Of a DNA stretch of 64,000 bases, positions 24,164-33,845 are shown piece by piece. Source of the stretch: Clostridia bacterium (GTDB lineage Bacteria; Bacillota; Peptococcia; Peptococcales; BICA1-8); assembly GCA_012720075.1 (NCBI GenBank), contig JAAXZE010000068.1:274-64273 (forward strand), read 5' to 3'. The stretch's first letter is position 1, and every line of letters begins with the position of its first letter. The position numbers and the translations under genes were made by a program. The notes beneath the pieces are model-generated. The model worked only from the letters and a program-made list of their open reading frames with translations. It searched no databases and had not been told where the DNA came from.

Positions 24164-26301
24164 CTTTTGAATTAGCAGGCAAAATAAACTCCTCTTTCAA
24201 AAACACTTTTATGTCTGCTAATAATAAACTTATTAATCTTAACCGGGAAATATCAAATATTAAGGTTACTATGAAAAGCCTAGAACAGGCCCAGAAGGCA
24301 GGTATCATCAGTAACAAATCATATGCTGCATCATATGATGTTTTAATAAAAAAATTAGAAAAAGCTGAAAAAGCTCAACAGAGATTAGCTAGAGCTACTC
24401 AACTTCATGAAAGAACAACAGCTTTTAGGCAAAATATGCGTGGAAGAATGGTAGGTGCAATAGAAACAGCAGTGGCGATAGGAGCGCCTGTTCGAGCTGC
24501 CATACTTTTTGAATCTGCAATGGCTGATGTTAGAAAAGTAGTTGATTTTGATACCCCGGAACAATTTAAGGAAATGGAAAAAGATGTAATCAATCTTGCT
24601 AAGCGCATCCCAATGGCGGCAGATGAATTGGCCCAAATAGTAGCAGCCGGAGGACAAGCCGGTATAGCACGAGAAGATTTGACTAAGTTCGCTGAAGCTG
24701 CTGCACAGATGGGAGTGGCCTTTGATATTTCCGCGGATGAAGCCGGTCAAATGATGGCTGAGTGGCGTTCTGCTTTTAAGATGAATCAAGATGAGGTTAA
24801 TGTGTTAGCGGACCAGATTAACTATCTAGGTAATACAACTGCTGCTTCAGCTCCCAAAATATCAGATGTTGTGCGTAGAATAGGTCCTCTTGGCGAAGTG
24901 GGTGGTGCAGCGGCTGCCCAGATTGCGGCTTTAGGTGCTACCATGGTAGGTGCAGGCGTTGCGGAAGAGGTGGCAGCAACCGGTATTAAAAATATGATAC
25001 TGGCAATGGTTGCAGGCGAATCGGCAACAAAAAGGCAGAAGGAAGCATTTAAACAACTTGGTTTCAATGCCAAAGATATGGCGGTTATGATGCAGGAGGA
25101 TGCCCAAGGTGCTATTATGGCCGTGTTTCAAGCACTGCAGAAATTGCCTCAAGAAAAGCAGGCATCAGTTTTACAAAATTTATTCGGCAAAGAAAGCATC
25201 GGTGCTATCGCTCCATTATTAACCAATTTAGATGCGTTACAAGAGAATTTTGAAAAAGTTGCTGATGCTACTCAATACGCTGGGAGTATGCAGAAAGAAT
25301 TTGAAGCAAGATCAAATACTACTGAAAATCATTTACAGTTATTGAGAAATAATGCTAATGCTTTAGCAATTACTTTAGGGAATATTTTGTTGCCTGGAAT
25401 TGTAGAACTGACCGGGATACTTAGAAAAAGTGCAGATAGGGTACAAGCTTTCGCTGAAAAACATCCTGCTTTGGCCAAAGTATTAGTTATTGGGACGGCA
25501 TCTGTTTTAGGCATGAGCGTCGCTTTAACTGGTTTAATGTATATTGCTGGAATAATAGCTACACCTTTTACGGGTTTATATTCTTTAATAGTTAGGTTAA
25601 CAACAGCGCAAAATGCAAATACAATAGCTACTCAAAGGTTAACATTAGCGCAAAGGGCTAGTATACTCACTACTAATGCTTTATCAAAGGCACAAAGAGT
25701 GTTAAATATTGTTATGCGTGCAAATCATATTGGGCTTATAATAACTGGGATAACTGCACTAATTGGAGTGGGTTATTTATTAATTAAACACTGGGATAAA
25801 GTGAAAGAGTGGCTAGTAGCATTTTTTGATGATCCTAGAAAAGCATTAAGTGATTTAGCAGTAGCAATAAAAGAAAGGCTTTCGGGTCCTCTAAAGTGGT
25901 TAGAAGGGAAAATTACTTGGTTAAAAGATAAAGGTAGTAAGCTTCTTTCTATTTTTACTGGCAAAAATTCAAATGCCAAGGTATCTACAGTTAGTTTGCC
26001 TGGGCATGCCAAAGGTGGTATTTTTACTAAACCTCATATTGCTTGGTTTGCAGAAAATGGACCAGAAGTTGCTATCCCTCTAGATGGTTCATCTAGAGCT
26101 TTATCATTGTGGGCTCAAGCCGGAGAGTTGCTAGGCGTTGGTTCCTATGGAGGCAATATTGTATACTCACCTACGTATAATATCTATGCTGATAAAGAGG
26201 TTGCTAATCAAGTGAAGCAAGTAGCTAAATCAGATAGAGATGATTTTGCAAAACGATTTGGAGCATTTTTACGCCAGGAAAGGCGGTTAGCTTATGACTG
26301 A
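24139..26301 (+). CDS. tail tape measure protein
   Basis: 720 aa, Ala/Gly-rich helical with internal hydrophobic segments, in the canonical position. Confidence 0.9.
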   Translation: MARKMHEIAFELAGKINSSFKNTFMSANNKLINLNREISNIKVTMKSLEQAQKAGIISNKSYAASYDVLIKKLEKAEKAQQRLARATQLHERTTAFRQNMRGRMVGAIETAVAIGAPVRAAILFESAMADVRKVVDFDTPEQFKEMEKDVINLAKRIPMAADELAQIVAAGGQAGIAREDLTKFAEAAAQMGVAFDISADEAGQMMAEWRSAFKMNQDEVNVLADQINYLGNTTAASAPKISDVVRRIGPLGEVGGAAAAQIAALGATMVGAGVAEEVAATGIKNMILAMVAGESATKRQKEAFKQLGFNAKDMAVMMQEDAQGAIMAVFQALQKLPQEKQASVLQNLFGKESIGAIAPLLTNLDALQENFEKVADATQYAGSMQKEFEARSNTTENHLQLLRNNANALAITLGNILLPGIVELTGILRKSADRVQAFAEKHPALAKVLVIGTASVLGMSVALTGLMYIAGIIATPFTGLYSLIVRLTTAQNANTIATQRLTLAQRASILTTNALSKAQRVLNIVMRANHIGLIITGITALIGVGYLLIKHWDKVKEWLVAFFDDPRKALSDLAVAIKERLSGPLKWLEGKITWLKDKGSKLLSIFTGKNSNAKVSTVSLPGHAKGGIFTKPHIAWFAENGPEVAIPLDGSSRALSLWAQAGELLGVGSYGGNIVYSPTYNIYADKEVANQVKQVAKSDRDDFAKRFGAFLRQERRLAYD

Positions 26302-26500
26302 GTATGTTACTATTCAGGGAGATACATGGGACCTAATATCTTTTAAAGTGTTTGGCAATGAAAGATATATGCTAAATTTAATTGAGGCAAACCCTCAATA
26401 TCATAATATTGTAGTGTTCCCTGCTAATATTAAACTTATAATTCCGGAAATACAAATACCTATATCGAATAGACTTCCGCCTTGGAAGCGTGGTGGTTAG
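26294..26500 (+). CDS. LysM-domain tail protein (gpX/XkdP-like)
   Basis: YVTIQGDTWDLISFKVFGNERYMLNLIEANP is a LysM pattern. Confidence 0.75.
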   Translation: MTEYVTIQGDTWDLISFKVFGNERYMLNLIEANPQYHNIVVFPANIKLIIPEIQIPISNRLPPWKRGG

Positions 26501-27497
26501 TTTGTCTTTTGGGCGAAAAGTACAACTTTCTCTTTTATATAATAACCAGGATTATTCCGCTTATTTAGCACCTTATTTAATCAGTTTTTCATATACCGAC
26601 AATTCAAGTGCTAAAGCTGATGATTTGCAAATTACTTTAGAAGATAGAAAAGATTTGTGGAAAAGTGATTGGTTACCGGAAAAAGGCGCAACTTTGATGG
26701 GCACAATTATTGTTTCAGATTGGCATGGAAAAGGCAAACAGGCTCTTCCTTTAGGAACTTTTGAAATAGATGAAATTGAATGTTCAGGGCCACCGGAAGT
26801 AGTAACTATAAAAGCTGTATCTATTCCGGTAGCTTCTTCATTAAGAGGTGAGGCTAAAAATCGAGCTTGGGAACAAACAAAATTATCTGTTATAGCTAAA
26901 GATATTGCTGGTGCAGCCGGGGTAACTTTACTTTATGAAACTGATGATGACCCCAGTTATGACCGTATTGAGCAAACCGAAGAATCTGATTTAGCATTTT
27001 TGCTTAAACTCTGTGAAGATGCAGGGTTATCCTTAAAAGTTACCGGAACGGAGATTGTAATCTTTGATGATAGTAAGTATGAACAAATGGAACCGGTAAT
27101 GACAATAGTAAAGGGTTCATCGGCAATTCTTTCATATGCAATTTCATCTTCCACTAGAGATGTTTATTCGGCAGCTAGAGTAATTTATCAGGATATTTCT
27201 TATACTTTTGAGGCTCCGAATAAACCCGAAGGTAATACTTTGGTTATTAATGAGCGGGTTAGTAGTATTGCTGAAGCGGAAAGATTGGCAAAGAAACGTT
27301 TAAGACAAAAAAATAAAGAAGAAGTTAAAGTAAGTTTAACTTTACTAGGCAATATTGCTTTAGTAGCAGGCGTAACTGTTAACTTAAAAGGTTGGGGCGC
27401 ATTTGATGGTAAATATTTTATTGAACAAGCGACTCATGAAGGAGGAAACGGCTATAGAACTAGTTTGGAATTATATAGAGTGCTGGAGGGGTATTAA
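26490..27497 (+). CDS. late control gene D / XkdQ-like baseplate hub protein
   Basis: 335 aa, positioned after the LysM protein. The start codon is uncertain. Confidence 0.7.
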   Translation: MVVSLSFGRKVQLSLLYNNQDYSAYLAPYLISFSYTDNSSAKADDLQITLEDRKDLWKSDWLPEKGATLMGTIIVSDWHGKGKQALPLGTFEIDEIECSGPPEVVTIKAVSIPVASSLRGEAKNRAWEQTKLSVIAKDIAGAAGVTLLYETDDDPSYDRIEQTEESDLAFLLKLCEDAGLSLKVTGTEIVIFDDSKYEQMEPVMTIVKGSSAILSYAISSSTRDVYSAARVIYQDISYTFEAPNKPEGNTLVINERVSSIAEAERLAKKRLRQKNKEEVKVSLTLLGNIALVAGVTVNLKGWGAFDGKYFIEQATHEGGNGYRTSLELYRVLEGY

Positions 27498-27970
27498 TGG
27501 ATAATATAACAAAGAATTTAATCAGAGTTGGTCGGGTTTCTGCGGTAAATCCGGCAAATGCAACAGTAAGGGTAGATTTTCAAGCTCAAGGTGTTGTTTC
27601 ATATGATCTTCCGGTACTCCAAAGACAGGCATTAAGGAATAAAGACTACTGTTTACCAGATGTAGGTGAATATGTAGTCTGTATTTTTTTGCCCACAGGG
27701 AATGCTGAGGGATTTGTTCTTGGGTCTATTTATAAGGGTGATATTGATCCTCCTGTTAATAATCAGGACAAAAGGGCTTTTATTTTTTCAGATGGGACAA
27801 AAATTGAGTATGATAGAAGTTCGCATACTTTGGTGATTAATGCTGTTGGGCCAATTAATATTGTGGCTAGTGGAGATGTTAATGTGACTGGTGATGTAAT
27901 AGCGGACGGAATTAGTTTAAAAAATCATGTTCACTTAGAAACCGGTGGTATGACTGAAAAGCCACAATAG
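27497..27970 (+). CDS. baseplate assembly protein V-like spike
   Basis: LIRVGRVSAVNPANATVRVDF...LPVLQ is gpV-like. Confidence 0.7.
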   Translation: MDNITKNLIRVGRVSAVNPANATVRVDFQAQGVVSYDLPVLQRQALRNKDYCLPDVGEYVVCIFLPTGNAEGFVLGSIYKGDIDPPVNNQDKRAFIFSDGTKIEYDRSSHTLVINAVGPINIVASGDVNVTGDVIADGISLKNHVHLETGGMTEKPQ

Positions 27971-27983
27971 GGAGTGGTAGTTT

Positions 27984-28388
27984 ATGATCGGTAGCTTTGG
28001 TCCGGTGGTGTTCGAAACATCAACCAAAAGAATTAGGACTTTTGATGATTTTAAGCGTTCTGGAAGTGCACGTTGGGCTACTCATGAATTAATGGGGCGT
28101 AAACCATTAAGGGAATTTTTAGGCCCCGGGTTAGAGCAAATAAGTTTTACAATTCGTCTAGATGTGTCTTTAGGTGTTAATCCTGCTCATGAATTGACAG
28201 TATTGCGCTTAATGAGAGACCAGGGTATGGCGTTTCCGTTAATTTTAGAGGGACGGCCTTTAATAGTTGGGAGTAGCTGGGTCATTGAAAGCATGAACGA
28301 AACCTGGCTTAGGGTAGATAACCGTGGTCGTTTGCTTGCGGTAGAGGTGGAACTTACTTTAAGTGAGTATCCACAGGAGGTGGTTTAA
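27984..28388 (+). CDS. gpU-like tail protein
   Basis: FETS...RTFDDFKRSGSARWATHELMGRKPLREFLGPGLEQISFTIRLD follows the P2 GpU pattern. Confidence 0.65.
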   Translation: MIGSFGPVVFETSTKRIRTFDDFKRSGSARWATHELMGRKPLREFLGPGLEQISFTIRLDVSLGVNPAHELTVLRLMRDQGMAFPLILEGRPLIVGSSWVIESMNETWLRVDNRGRLLAVEVELTLSEYPQEVV

Positions 28389-28699
28389 TGGAGTATGAAG
28401 TATTAGGGATGCCAGGAAAAATTGATTTTGCTCCAAAGAGTAAAGCACTTGAAATATTGCAAAACATAAGAACCATTATTACTACTCCAAAGTATTCAGT
28501 ACCTTTAAACAGAGATTTTGGCCTTAATATGATTTGGTTGGATGAGCCATTACCAGCTGTGCAGGCAAAATTAACGGCAGAAATTATACAAGAAGTGAGT
28601 AAATGGGAACCAAGAGCGCAAGTTACCCAGGTAGACTTTTACCAAGACCCACTAGAAGGAGTTTTGCGTCCGAAGGTGAGGGTGAGAATAGATGACTGA
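28388..28699 (+). CDS. baseplate wedge protein gpW/gp25-like
   Basis: 103 aa. ILQNIRTIITTPKYSVPLNRDFG. Confidence 0.75.
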   Translation: MEYEVLGMPGKIDFAPKSKALEILQNIRTIITTPKYSVPLNRDFGLNMIWLDEPLPAVQAKLTAEIIQEVSKWEPRAQVTQVDFYQDPLEGVLRPKVRVRIDD

Positions 28700-29798
28700 T
28701 TTAATAAAGTTTGTAGATGATGATGTTCAAAAAATAGAATCCAATATAGTTACAACTTATGAAGCTTTAGCCGGTTACACTCTTTATCCTGGGGATCCTA
28801 GGAGGCTATTTTTACAAGCTTTGGCTCAAATAATAGCTCATCAAAGGAGTTTGATTAATTACACTGGTAGGCAAAATCTTTTAAGGTATGCAGAAGAAGA
28901 TTACCTTAAAGTGATAGGAGAAGACCAGGGCGTACCTCAATTCGGACCAAGCCCTGCCAAAACAACTCTAAGGTTTACGATATCAAGAGTTCAGCAAAGT
29001 GTCGTAACAGTTCCTAAAGGTACCAGGGCAACAGCTGACGGAAAAATCTTTTTTGCAACAACAGAAACAGGGGAAATACCTATAGGAGAGTTAAGTGTTG
29101 ATGTGCCAGCAGAATGTACTGTAAGTGGTGAGATAGGTAATGGTTTTCTTCCAGGACAAATAAACAGGATTGTGGACCCATTCCCTTTATTTCAGTCTGT
29201 TATGAATGTTACAGAATCACAAGGTGGAGCGGATTTAGAGGATACAGAAATATATCGGGAAAGAATAAGACAAAGCAATGAAGGCTACTCTACTGCTGGT
29301 CCATATGAAGCCTATAAATATTGGGCAAAAATGGCCTCACCAGCCATTATTGATGTTGAGCCTATGAGTCCTGTCCCTGGAGTTGTTCAGCTTTGGATAT
29401 TAATGAAGAATGGGGAATCTCCAACCCAAGATATTTTAGATGCGGTTTTAGAAGTATGTAGCGACAGAACAAAGAGGCCCTTAACGGATAATGTAATCGT
29501 GTCAGCAAGGGAAGAAGTGAATTATGATATTGAAGTTTTATACTGGATAGACGAAAATGATGCTGCTAGGGCATTAGAAATTCAAAATGCAGTTCACCAG
29601 GCTGTAGCAGATTATGAGCTTTGGCAAAAGTCAAAGTTAGGAAGAGACATAGACCCTTCGGAATTGAATTACAGGATTAAGCAAGTCGGTGCCAAAAGAG
29701 TGCAAATAAATTTGCCGGCTTATACCAAAATTGAATCTCATCAGGTTGCAATTGCGATAAATAAGAATGTTAGTTATCAAGGGTTAGAAGGTGAATAG
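28692..29798 (+). CDS. baseplate J-like protein
   Basis: 368 aa, with the expected size, position and sequence character. Confidence 0.8.
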   Translation: MTDLIKFVDDDVQKIESNIVTTYEALAGYTLYPGDPRRLFLQALAQIIAHQRSLINYTGRQNLLRYAEEDYLKVIGEDQGVPQFGPSPAKTTLRFTISRVQQSVVTVPKGTRATADGKIFFATTETGEIPIGELSVDVPAECTVSGEIGNGFLPGQINRIVDPFPLFQSVMNVTESQGGADLEDTEIYRERIRQSNEGYSTAGPYEAYKYWAKMASPAIIDVEPMSPVPGVVQLWILMKNGESPTQDILDAVLEVCSDRTKRPLTDNVIVSAREEVNYDIEVLYWIDENDAARALEIQNAVHQAVADYELWQKSKLGRDIDPSELNYRIKQVGAKRVQINLPAYTKIESHQVAIAINKNVSYQGLEGE

Positions 29799-30363
29799 GA
29801 TGAAGGATGTTACTCAGATTAAATTTGTTGACCTTTTACCGGAAAGTATTAAACAAGATGAACAGGTAATAGTTGCTGCCAAAGCTCTTGATAACGAATT
29901 ACAAACAATCATAGAGGCAACTAGAAAACTTGCATTTTTAGAAACATTAGATGAGCAACCTGAGGAGATAGTGGATGAACTAGCTTGGCAAAGACATGTA
30001 GATTTTTATAAGCCAGATTTACCTTTAGAACAAAAAAAGGCATTAGTTAAAAATTCAAAAATAATGCACATGCGAAAAGGGACTCCTGCGGCAGTAGAAG
30101 ATTTAATTGCCGCTGTTTTTGGTGAGGGCAAGGTTGTAGAGTGGTTCGAGTATGGAGGAGAACCTTATCATTTTAAAATTGTTACAAATGATTATGCACT
30201 AGCGAATGAAAGAGCTGAGGAATTTATTAAAGCTTTAAATACGGTTAAAAATGCCCGCTCATGGTTGGAAAAGATTGAGGTAACGCAAGTAGAAGAAATG
30301 AATGCTTACTTTGCCGGCATTTTATATTTAGGTGACAAACTGATTATAGAGCAGGTGGTGTGA
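29791..30363 (+). CDS. tail protein I-like (baseplate)
   Basis: LLPESIKQDEQVIVAAKALDNEL...LAWQRHVDFYKPDLPLEQKKALVKNS is P2 gpI-like. Confidence 0.65.
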   Translation: MNRMKDVTQIKFVDLLPESIKQDEQVIVAAKALDNELQTIIEATRKLAFLETLDEQPEEIVDELAWQRHVDFYKPDLPLEQKKALVKNSKIMHMRKGTPAAVEDLIAAVFGEGKVVEWFEYGGEPYHFKIVTNDYALANERAEEFIKALNTVKNARSWLEKIEVTQVEEMNAYFAGILYLGDKLIIEQVV

Positions 30364-30366
30364 TGT

Positions 30367-31740
30367 ATGGGAGCTTTTGGAGGGTTGATACTAACCAATA
30401 AAGGTAGGAATTTACAAGCAAAAGCACAAACCGGAATCCAATTGAATTTTACAAGAATAGGAATAGGTGATGGTTATTTAGGTACATCATCTATTGTAGA
30501 CCTTAATGCTTTAAAACATGAAATAAAATCCTTAGATATTACTAAAATAAAAACACTATCTGATGGTAAAGCCCTTTTAGGAACTATCCTTTCTAACCAG
30601 GATATAATTGAAGGGTTTTATTTTAGGGAAATCGGTGTATTTGCTCAGGATCCAGACTTGGGGGAAATTTTATACTGTTATGGCAATTCCGGTGATAATG
30701 CAGAATATATTCCAGCTGGCGGAGGCCCTGATGTTGTAGAAAAGAGCATTGATATTATAACCATTGTCGGCAATGCTCCTAATGTTACTGCAAAAATAGA
30801 TGAATCTTTAATTTTTATAACACCTGAAGAAGCACAGGAGATGGCAGATCAAGCTGAGTCAAGAGCGAAAGAATATGCAGATCAACAATTAGCAAGTTTT
30901 GAAGTACCAGTTAAATCTGTGAATAATAAAACTGGTGATGTAATCCTAAGTGCAGCAGATGTAGGAGCCGAAACACCTACTGGTGCTCAACAAAAAGCAG
31001 AAGCAGCAGCTGGAGCAGCATTAGCGGCTGCAAAACAATACACAGACCAAGAAGTAGCTGAAATAAGCCAAGCACTTGATGCGCACAAGGCCGCTGCAGC
31101 TCCCCATAGCGGACATGAGACCCCCGCCGGTGCCCAGGCGAAGGCTAATACTGCCGAAGCAAATGCGAAGGCATATACTGACGCACACGAGCAAAAAGCA
31201 GCACCCCATAGTGGGCATGAAACGCCTGCTGGGGCGCAGGCAAAAGCAGATGCCGCACTGAATTCAGCAAAACAATACACAGACCAAGAAGTAGGCGAAG
31301 TTGCTCAAGCACTTACGACACATTTGGCAGATGATAACCCTCATGGATTGGTATTGCCCGCTAATAGCAAAAACAATAATGCGGCAGTAGCAGATTTTCC
31401 TAATGGGATATCTCATATGTACGCTAACCAGGCGGGGCTAGGTTTTCCTGTACAATATGCTCATATAATCACCTTTAGAAACGGGAACACCGGGTATCAA
31501 TTAGCCTGTTCTACTACCGCCAGTTCTGAGATATATATGAGGAGTTCAAGCGGCGGGGTTTTTGGGACTTGGAAACAAATTCCTTCATATGATGACCCTA
31601 GATTTTCGGATAGCAGAAAATGTAACAACACTTTTGATGATGCCGCCACCGCAAGAAACAATCTAGGAGGTCGTAAAATTACCAGTGGCACAGCGGCTCC
31701 TTCTGGTGGTTCTAATGGTGATATTTACTTCCAGAGGTAG
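30367..31740 (+). CDS. tail fiber protein with Ala-rich repeats
   Basis: The N-terminus (MGAFGGLILTNKGRNLQAKAQTG) is typical of phage fibers. Internal 34-aa repeats. Confidence 0.7.
   Translation: MGAFGGLILTNKGRNLQAKAQTGIQLNFTRIGIGDGYLGTSSIVDLNALKHEIKSLDITKIKTLSDGKALLGTILSNQDIIEGFYFREIGVFAQDPDLGEILYCYGNSGDNAEYIPAGGGPDVVEKSIDIITIVGNAPNVTAKIDESLIFITPEEAQEMADQAESRAKEYADQQLASFEVPVKSVNNKTGDVILSAADVGAETPTGAQQKAEAAAGAALAAAKQYTDQEVAEISQALDAHKAAAAPHSGHETPAGAQAKANTAEANAKAYTDAHEQKAAPHSGHETPAGAQAKADAALNSAKQYTDQEVGEVAQALTTHLADDNPHGLVLPANSKNNNAAVADFPNGISHMYANQAGLGFPVQYAHIITFRNGNTGYQLACSTTASSEIYMRSSSGGVFGTWKQIPSYDDPRFSDSRKCNNTFDDAATARNNLGGRKITSGTAAPSGGSNGDIYFQR
31096..31246 (+). repeat. 102-nt-period coding repeat in the fiber gene (AAPHSGHETPAGAQAKA x2)
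   Basis: The 49-nt cores 31096-31144 and 31198-31246 encode identical peptides but differ at ~12 third-codon positions. Confidence 0.8.
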
Positions 31741-31750
31741 GTGGTGATTA

Positions 31751-32830
31751 ATGGGTAAATTATGGGAAAATGTGAATGGAACTTGGACAGAAATAAAACA
31801 GCCTTGGGAAAATGTCAATGGTGTTTGGACTAAAATAAAAGTTGTTTGGGAAAACGTCAATGGCACTTGGATAAAGGTTTGGGAAGAACAGCCCACATTT
31901 AGTTTGACACAAAAAGGTGAATTGGTAGATTTTGATAGATTTACAAATAAAGGTGTAGGGGTAAATGCTGCTATATATCTTGGTGTTAGAGATGGTTATA
32001 TTGTTAGATTAAATTATACTCCATCACTAAGCGGTAAAGGACTTGTCAATATTCATAACAATTACGACATATTTGATGTAGCATATGCCTCTGGACAGTA
32101 TTATAACTTATATGCATCAAGTTATACTGTAATCATTAAAACAGATACAAATTTTGCAGTCCCAACACCTGATAGATGGGATTTTGCTCGTTCAGATGGT
32201 TCAGTGGCTATAGTAAAAGTTGGTCATGGTAGAGTTTATTGGATTAAAGGAACATCTGTAGAATATAAGACACTTGAAAATTTTGGAGGTTCCGGTTATG
32301 CTAGCGTATTAACTTCTTCTGGTGGTAACTTTATAGAAATATATGGTGATTATGTATATACTGGCTATTCTCCATTATATAAAATACATAAAGATGGTTC
32401 TGTGTCTAGTAGCAGAAATCCAACAAGTGGAATTTTTAGAGATTTGAAGATAAACAGTAACGGACATATAATTGCTTGTGCTAGTAATGGTGATGTATAT
32501 TTCCTTAATAATGCTGATTTATCTGTAAGACAAAGAATTACTGGAGAATTTACTGAGTGCCATTGTTGTACTATTGATGGTGATGGATATGGTTATGTTG
32601 TTGGATTAAAAGGTACACAATACATGGTTAAAAAATTTGAGGATACTACCAGAACAGGAAGAAGTAAGGTAGTAGTCGGTTCTTATACAGTGCCGTCTAA
32701 ATTTACAAATCCTTCTGATATAGAACTTAACACTTATAACGCAAATCCAGCAGAAATTGGTATTGTGTGGCGTAATGCTTCTAGCACTACTTATGGGTGT
32801 TTTGAAGTGCTTACTCAAACACAAATTTAA
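31751..32830 (+). CDS. second fiber / putative receptor-binding protein
   Basis: N-terminal triple WENVNGxW repeat followed by a beta-rich C-terminal domain. No family recognised. Confidence 0.5.
   Translation: MGKLWENVNGTWTEIKQPWENVNGVWTKIKVVWENVNGTWIKVWEEQPTFSLTQKGELVDFDRFTNKGVGVNAAIYLGVRDGYIVRLNYTPSLSGKGLVNIHNNYDIFDVAYASGQYYNLYASSYTVIIKTDTNFAVPTPDRWDFARSDGSVAIVKVGHGRVYWIKGTSVEYKTLENFGGSGYASVLTSSGGNFIEIYGDYVYTGYSPLYKIHKDGSVSSSRNPTSGIFRDLKINSNGHIIACASNGDVYFLNNADLSVRQRITGEFTECHCCTIDGDGYGYVVGLKGTQYMVKKFEDTTRTGRSKVVVGSYTVPSKFTNPSDIELNTYNANPAEIGIVWRNASSTTYGCFEVLTQTQI
31763..31888 (+). repeat. 3 x 42-nt tandem coding repeat (WENVNG[TV]W..IK..)
   Basis: W5, W19 and W33 start successive 14-aa units. 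Confidence 0.85.
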
Positions 32831-32848
32831 GATGGGAGGTAGAGTATT

Positions 32849-33142
32849 ATGTACTTGTTAATACTTGAAAAAGTAAGTGAGTGTAAAGCTAGAGTAATAG
32901 GTGTGGTCTATGAATTTAATGAAAATGAAATACCTTCAAATTCTATAATAGTTCCTTATATCCTTGAGGAACCAGAAGAAAAGAAAGGTATTCGCTATGT
33001 CCATTATATAAACCCAAATACAGGGGAACAGTGGTATGAAGAAAAGAAGAGACCTCTAAATCAAGAAGAAATTCAACAAGAGATTAATGAAAAAATTGAC
33101 TTACTTCTTCAAATGCAATTAAGTATGCAAGGAGTGATATAG
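32849..33142 (+). CDS. hypothetical (fiber-associated by position)
   Basis: 97-aa ORF. Confidence 0.45.
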   Translation: MYLLILEKVSECKARVIGVVYEFNENEIPSNSIIVPYILEEPEEKKGIRYVHYINPNTGEQWYEEKKRPLNQEEIQQEINEKIDLLLQMQLSMQGVI

Positions 33143-33143
33143 T

Positions 33144-33272
33144 ATGACAATAGCTGAGATTATTGCAGGTTGGATTAAGAATGGGGTAACTAACTTTAAA
33201 ACTGGTGAGCCCTTTAAATTAGAAGATATAAAAGATGCTACTATAAAAACGCAGGTTGAACAGTTACTCTGA
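33144..33272 (+). CDS. XkdX-like small protein
   Basis: Hand translation gives MTIAEIIAGWIKNGVTNFKTGEPFKLEDIKDATIKTQVEQLL. Typical XkdX size and position before the lysis genes. Confidence 0.5.
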   Translation: MTIAEIIAGWIKNGVTNFKTGEPFKLEDIKDATIKTQVEQLL

Positions 33273-33391
33273 ACAATACTTAGTGCATAAAAGGATAAAA
33301 ATGCGTAACAAGGACGCCAGATAGAAGGGCGTTATTTTTATGCCTAGGTGCCGGTGAATGGTGCCTGGGTAGTTTTATGGAGGTGATTATT

Positions 33392-33613
33392 ATGCCAAGC
33401 CCTGAAATTGCTCAGTACGGTATTGCCGTGTTTGCCGTGGCAGGGTTGATTTATTTAGTGGACAAGTGGTTGAGGCAAAAAGGCGATAATGATTTGACCG
33501 AAGTAGTTCAAAATAACACCAAGGCTTTAGAGAATCTCACTACTATTATTCAAGTAAATCTCACACGTCAAGAAGCTAAGATTGATGAGCTTTTAGAGCG
33601 AGCCAGGCGGTGA
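33392..33613 (+). CDS. BhlA/UviB-like holin-type protein
   Basis: Single N-terminal TM (YGIAVFAVAGLIYLV) plus a coiled-coil tail. ATG 33392 lies 6 nt after GGAGGTGA. Confidence 0.5.
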   Translation: MPSPEIAQYGIAVFAVAGLIYLVDKWLRQKGDNDLTEVVQNNTKALENLTTIIQVNLTRQEAKIDELLERARR

Positions 33614-33617
33614 TGTT

Positions 33618-33845
33618 ATGCAAGGATTTTGGAATGATCCAGACGGATTAACAGTTGTTGATATTCTTGCTATTACTCTCGGATTAGGTAGTTTTTTCTT
33701 GTATTGGAAACGCGGAACTATAGATGCCAATTTTGCGGATATAATTGTAGCTGTAATTTTGGCGGCTGCAGGACAAAAAGTTGGTGAAGGATGGGTAAAA
33801 GCAAAAGGTAAAGGGGGCAATGGTAATAATGGAAGTACAATTTAA
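33618..33845 (+). CDS. putative holin (2 TM)
   Basis: 75 aa with two hydrophobic helices and a Gly/Lys/Asn tail. Lies immediately before the endolysin. Confidence 0.55.
   Translation: MQGFWNDPDGLTVVDILAITLGLGSFFLYWKRGTIDANFADIIVAVILAAAGQKVGEGWVKAKGKGGNGNNGSTI

Noticed and set aside
24385-25514. Several minus-strand ORFs (134, 83, 73, 67 and 61 aa) inside the tape-measure gene. Similar Ala/Cys-rich antisense ORFs lie inside the fiber gene at 30987-31280.
   Set aside because: These are shadow ORFs of Ala/Gly-rich coding sequence, with no RBS.
31763-31888. Regular 42-nt repeats, checked as a possible CRISPR-like or other non-coding array.
   Set aside because: The repeats are contiguous, in frame and inside a well-supported ORF. 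They have no unique spacers. No CRISPR array was seen anywhere in the window.
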